From a virus: DNA of 64,000 bases. The position numbers were made by a program, and so were the translations under genes. The stretch covers positions 104,738-168,737 of IMG/VR virus record IMGVR_UViG_3300022562_001814. One strand, given 5' to 3'. Each line of letters starts with the position of its first letter. Position 1 is the first letter of the stretch. Under the pieces are notes generated by a model that saw only the letters and a program-made list of their open reading frames with translations, did not search any database and had not been told where the DNA came from. Below are positions 60,310 to 64,000 of this stretch, piece by piece.

Positions 60310-60688
60310 AGAGTATGAGATTACTAATTTCATATCGTTAGAAAATTCCTTGATACAAAAAGCTAAAAGATATGATGAAGATATTAGATATTTATTAAAT
60401 TTATTATACGATGAACGTAGACGTCATTCTCAATGCGAAGAAGATTTGATGGTGTATGCAAATCCAGCAAATATATCAAAAGTTCAAAGATTGGAGCTTT
60501 TAGATAGAGTTGTTGAAACCATCAGTTGTGATTGGGGAAATAAAAACCCATTTGTTAATTATAATGATTTAGAAGATTTTAATTGCTACACAGATAAACT
60601 TATTGATAGTAATTGTCCAGAAAAAATAATATTAGGTAAAATATATAAATTATTTATAGAACATTTCAATAGACCATCGGCATGTTAA
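60299..60688 (+). CDS. Hypothetical protein
   Basis: In-frame ATG at 60299 overlaps the previous gene end. Confidence 0.5.
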   Translation: MKDKEYEITNFISLENSLIQKAKRYDEDIRYLLNLLYDERRRHSQCEEDLMVYANPANISKVQRLELLDRVVETISCDWGNKNPFVNYNDLEDFNCYTDKLIDSNCPEKIILGKIYKLFIEHFNRPSAC

Positions 60689-61101
60689 GATTTTGGAAAA
60701 AAATTAAAAGATTTTTATTTGGACCCAAAACAGAATTAGAGTTTGTTCGAAGGTCGTTAAAACGAAATAAAGATTTATTATCTGATATAGAGGAGAGATT
60801 CGATCCTGCTTACGATTGCTGTCAAGATTGTATGACGGCAGGATATTATTCAAAATTAATTGATAAAATAGAAAGAATGGAAAAGCATATAAAGGGCTTG
60901 GAAAGAAGAGAAGAAAGAAAACTTCAAATGAAAAAGAAACAGAAGCCAAGACAAAATTCGATATATTGTATTAATTTTCCAAGTAAAGAATCTGCTATTC
61001 AATATGAAAAAGAAATGGAAAAATTGGGATTTCATTCAATGACCATTGGTCCGACCATTAATATGAATGAATTAAAAAAACGCAGATTTAATAATGAATA
61101 A
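60682..61101 (+). CDS. Hypothetical protein
   Basis: 139 aa with a CCQDC motif. Confidence 0.5.
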   Translation: MLRFWKKIKRFLFGPKTELEFVRRSLKRNKDLLSDIEERFDPAYDCCQDCMTAGYYSKLIDKIERMEKHIKGLERREERKLQMKKKQKPRQNSIYCINFPSKESAIQYEKEMEKLGFHSMTIGPTINMNELKKRRFNNE

Positions 61102-61522
61102 TTTTAAATTAGATACAATCAAATTAATTGATGAGTTAAAGTTTAAATTAAAAAATCGTGATAAAAACGATCGAATGGCAAACGCTTTAAATAATTATCT
61201 AGATCATATTATTAACATATTTGTTCTCGATCAAGATCCTCACGCATTTGCCACATCTCCCAAAGATTTACCAGAAAAATTAAAACAACCCCAAGATCAA
61301 GAATGGGGGCAGGCTTTTATGAATTTTTATAATCAAGTTTATAAATGGATTCCCGATCATCAAATAAAAATATATGATTTTATACAACGTTGTGAACATA
61401 ACACGATTTATGTATGTGGTTGTACAAGAACATTATCTGGAGATGTAAAATCAGCATTATTGTCTTTAAAAGAACAAGGGAAAATAAATATTACAGATGA
61501 TGGGTTAATAGTGAAATTATAA
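61094..61522 (+). CDS. Hypothetical protein
   Basis: 142 aa, overlapping the upstream stop. Confidence 0.5.
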   Translation: MNNFKLDTIKLIDELKFKLKNRDKNDRMANALNNYLDHIINIFVLDQDPHAFATSPKDLPEKLKQPQDQEWGQAFMNFYNQVYKWIPDHQIKIYDFIQRCEHNTIYVCGCTRTLSGDVKSALLSLKEQGKINITDDGLIVKL

Positions 61523-61524
61523 AT

Positions 61525-62095
61525 ATGTTATATAATTTATCTTTTAAACACGAGATACCTAAAAATAGTATTGTTATAGATTGTACTTCTAACTCCAATT
61601 CTGATGGAAAATGGTTTTCTCCTTTTTTTCTTGGTCCAATGGAATTATATGATGGGTACACTGCGACTAGTATAGAAAATGGATACCAATTTGCTAAATT
61701 ATATGTAGAACATGCAGATGAAGATGGAAATCCTTTACAATCTTATTGGAATTGGGCTCAAGCCGGATGGAATAACCCCAAACCAATTAAACATCCGCTA
61801 GGTGCTTGGAGAACTCCACTTTATCATTTATGGAAGGGTCGTAGATTAAATAGATTGCAAGCACAAAATGAAATATTCGTTCCCGCCTATGTTGAACTTG
61901 TGGCAAAAACAAAAGATTTTCTAAATTAAAAAAATTATATGAAAATACAGAAAAAATATAATCTTGCAGGATTATGAGGGCTTTGATAATCGTTTATTAG
62001 AATTAGATTGGAGCCAAGTATTAAATCACCCTGACTATCCGATAGGACAGGGTTTTGTTTTGTGTATGATGCTCGAAGGATTTCTTAAATATTAA
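61525..62095 (+). pseudogene. DUF6939/NADAR-like gene apparently broken by two -1 frameshifts
   Basis: N-terminal IDCTS...FSPFFLGP...SIENGYQFAKLY. The reading continues as SKLKKLYENTEK and then NIILQDYEGFD...HPDYPIGQGFVLCMMLEG in shifted frames. Family name is from recall. Confidence 0.55.
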
Positions 62096-62106
62096 ATGTT
62101 AAATAA

Positions 62107-62565
62107 ATGAAACCAATAACTCAAGTTTTACTAAATCGTAGATCAGATATTCTTAATGAATATTATATGGTAGATGCTCAAATTCAAAAACGAATTAGTT
62201 ATATAATTACTTATATTTTTGATACTTGCGGATATATTGTTCACGACTGGCAGCTATTTAATGAAGGAGAAGATATTTGTAATATAATTAAAACAAATTC
62301 ATTAGATACTTCCGGTATTAATTTTAATTTAGAAAAATTGCGAGAAGACGCAGATCCCTTTTTAATTATTAACAATAAATTGGTTTGTATATATAGAAGA
62401 TTACCAAAACGTTGGTTATTTGAATCATTTGAAAAAGAAATAATAAATGCTAATTCGCCATTTAATAGACAATTAATACAACAAATTAAAAATAAATTTA
62501 CCACCGCTGAAAAAATAATGTATGAGTCGTGGGAAGAAAATATTGAAATGCAGGAAGAAATATAG
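62107..62565 (+). CDS. Hypothetical protein
   Basis: 152-aa ORF. Confidence 0.55.
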   Translation: MKPITQVLLNRRSDILNEYYMVDAQIQKRISYIITYIFDTCGYIVHDWQLFNEGEDICNIIKTNSLDTSGINFNLEKLREDADPFLIINNKLVCIYRRLPKRWLFESFEKEIINANSPFNRQLIQQIKNKFTTAEKIMYESWEENIEMQEEI

Positions 62566-62566
62566 A

Positions 62567-63205
62567 ATGATAATTCAATATCTTAAAAATAGATTTACTG
62601 ATTATAAAATGTCATTTGACAAGACGTGTAAAAATATTTCTGATACAACAGAATTATATACTGATTATGAAATTTATTATAATGATCTATTGGTTGATGC
62701 TTTTTCTATGTCTCAAAAAGAAATCGAAGATAATTTTATTTATAATTTGCTTTCTAATTTGACAGAAGTATTAGAAATTAATAGAGCGTATTTAAAATTT
62801 TCTCACAGTAGTAATGATATAATATATGTAGAAGTTGATTTTGACAAAAATAATCAATGGGTTAAATTGGAAGTTAAAGAAATTAAAAATGCCACCGAAA
62901 CCATATTTGATGGTGAACATATGAAATCATCTTTAGATACTGATATATATGATCCATATAAAGATGGTGGTTGGCAAAATACGCCCTGGTTCTGTATTAG
63001 ATGTGGATCAAAATTAAAAGCTATCTCAAAACATGACAAGCGTTGGGGTTATTTGTGGGCTTGCATGGATCGTAATAGTTCTATTTATTATTTATGTTCC
63101 AACCAAAAATGTTGTCATTCAGATGCTCCGCTTTTATTATTTAATTCTACAGGAGATTATAATTCACATCCGGGTGATAATTATGCAATAGGTTGGATAA
63201 AATAA
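62567..63205 (+). CDS. Hypothetical protein with a C-terminal zinc finger
   Basis: The likely start ATG 62567 lies just after the previous stop. Contains CIRC...CSNQKC. Confidence 0.55.
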   Translation: MIIQYLKNRFTDYKMSFDKTCKNISDTTELYTDYEIYYNDLLVDAFSMSQKEIEDNFIYNLLSNLTEVLEINRAYLKFSHSSNDIIYVEVDFDKNNQWVKLEVKEIKNATETIFDGEHMKSSLDTDIYDPYKDGGWQNTPWFCIRCGSKLKAISKHDKRWGYLWACMDRNSSIYYLCSNQKCCHSDAPLLLFNSTGDYNSHPGDNYAIGWIK

Positions 63206-63218
63206 TTTAAGGTAAAAT

Positions 63219-63743
63219 ATGATTGTTAAAATAATTGCTGCAGTATCTAAAAATGGTGTGATTGGTGATGCTCATTCAAACGATATTCCTTGGAAAGGAC
63301 GTTATCCGGAAGATTTTAAATTTTTTCGTCAAATGACTTCGGGTGGAGCTGTTATATTTGGACGAAAAACATTTGAATCAATTGGCAAACCGTTACCTAA
63401 AAGAGCTAATATAGTAATTACTCGTCAAGAAAAAATAGAAGGTGCTTATTGTTATGATTCTTTAGACACTTGGTATAGGCGAATGAGTTTAGTGCTGGAA
63501 GACGCTATGACTACAAAATGGATTTGTGGTGGCGCCAATATTTATCGAGAAGCAATGTTATTAGAAGGTTGTAATAATATGCCTGTAGTATCGGAAATTT
63601 ATTTGACTTTAATTCCAGAAGTAGTAAAAACAGATAGTCCGGTTTATTTTCCTTGGATCGATCCTACAAGATTTGAACCTTCTGAAATAATTAATTTGGA
63701 AAATTCAGAATTAAAAGTAATGAAATATGTCAGCAAAATATAA
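63219..63743 (+). CDS. folA: Dihydrofolate reductase
   Basis: IAAVSKNGVIG, IPW..PEDFKFFRQMT, GRKTFESIGKPLPKRANIVITR and GGANIY motifs. Confidence 0.95.
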   Translation: MIVKIIAAVSKNGVIGDAHSNDIPWKGRYPEDFKFFRQMTSGGAVIFGRKTFESIGKPLPKRANIVITRQEKIEGAYCYDSLDTWYRRMSLVLEDAMTTKWICGGANIYREAMLLEGCNNMPVVSEIYLTLIPEVVKTDSPVYFPWIDPTRFEPSEIINLENSELKVMKYVSKI

Positions 63744-63954
63744 TTGTCGTAGATGTGCCAAATTAGCAATTTGGATGTACTTACCATCCTCGTCTTGTGA
63801 ACGTGAAGATAAATTCTACTGTGATGAATGTGTTCCAAGAGGATGTTCTTGTAATATCGATCCTGTGACTTTAATAGAAGATACAGATGATTTAGGAAGA
63901 TTTTATCCTTGTTGTGAATATTTATGGGATGATCGCGGGTTTGAAAAGGATTAA
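63727..63954 (+). CDS. Small Cys-rich hypothetical protein
   Basis: CRRC, CDECVPRGCSC and PCCEY motifs. Confidence 0.6.
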   Translation: MSAKYNCRRCAKLAIWMYLPSSSCEREDKFYCDECVPRGCSCNIDPVTLIEDTDDLGRFYPCCEYLWDDRGFEKD

Positions 63955-64000
63955 ATGTTTCAAAGTATACATATAATGTGGAATGAAGGAAAACATTATG

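Noticed and set aside
1-64000. Stop-codon reassignment (TAG or TGA), as seen in some large phages
   Set aside because: Very long ORFs are intact under the standard code, and TAG and TGA end conserved genes at natural positions (rfbB, dnaB, nrdB), often in ATGA overlaps. The single in-frame TGA at 40821 is better explained as a point lesion.
1-64000. Minus-strand ORFs in the ORF track
   Set aside because: All overlap longer or better-supported plus-strand genes, lack recognisable motifs, and look like antisense shadows.
1-64000. CRISPR array, tRNA or rRNA genes
   Set aside because: Intergenic gaps are short. I saw no regularly spaced repeats with unique spacers and no cloverleaf-like sequence.

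Overview
This is an AT-rich, densely coding segment with essentially every gene on the + strand, most consistent with a large (jumbo-type) contractile-tailed bacteriophage using the standard genetic code. From left to right it contains: (1) an oversized baseplate module (hub, spike, gp25-like, baseplate J-like, a 2327-aa LamG-containing protein and a 1068-aa protein with dockerin-like loops); (2) a glycosylation cluster (GT4, methyltransferase-GT2, GT2, RmlB); (3) a tubulin/FtsZ-family GTPase and a GH73 muramidase; (4) replication genes (SF2 helicase, DnaC-like loader, DnaB); (5) a sigma-70-family factor, nrdB-HNH-nrdA, PIN-PhoH and MetAP; (6) three fibre-like paralogues sharing one N-terminal module; and (7) an early-type region behind a consensus sigma-70 promoter that includes DHFR. 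The most unexplained signal is a strong enrichment of the tripeptide DGY, concentrated in peripheral virion proteins encoded beside the glycosyltransferases, which may be a modification or docking tag. A closely related HNH family occurs three times at gene junctions, once as an internally deleted mini-copy. All calls come from motif reading by eye; no database searches were run.
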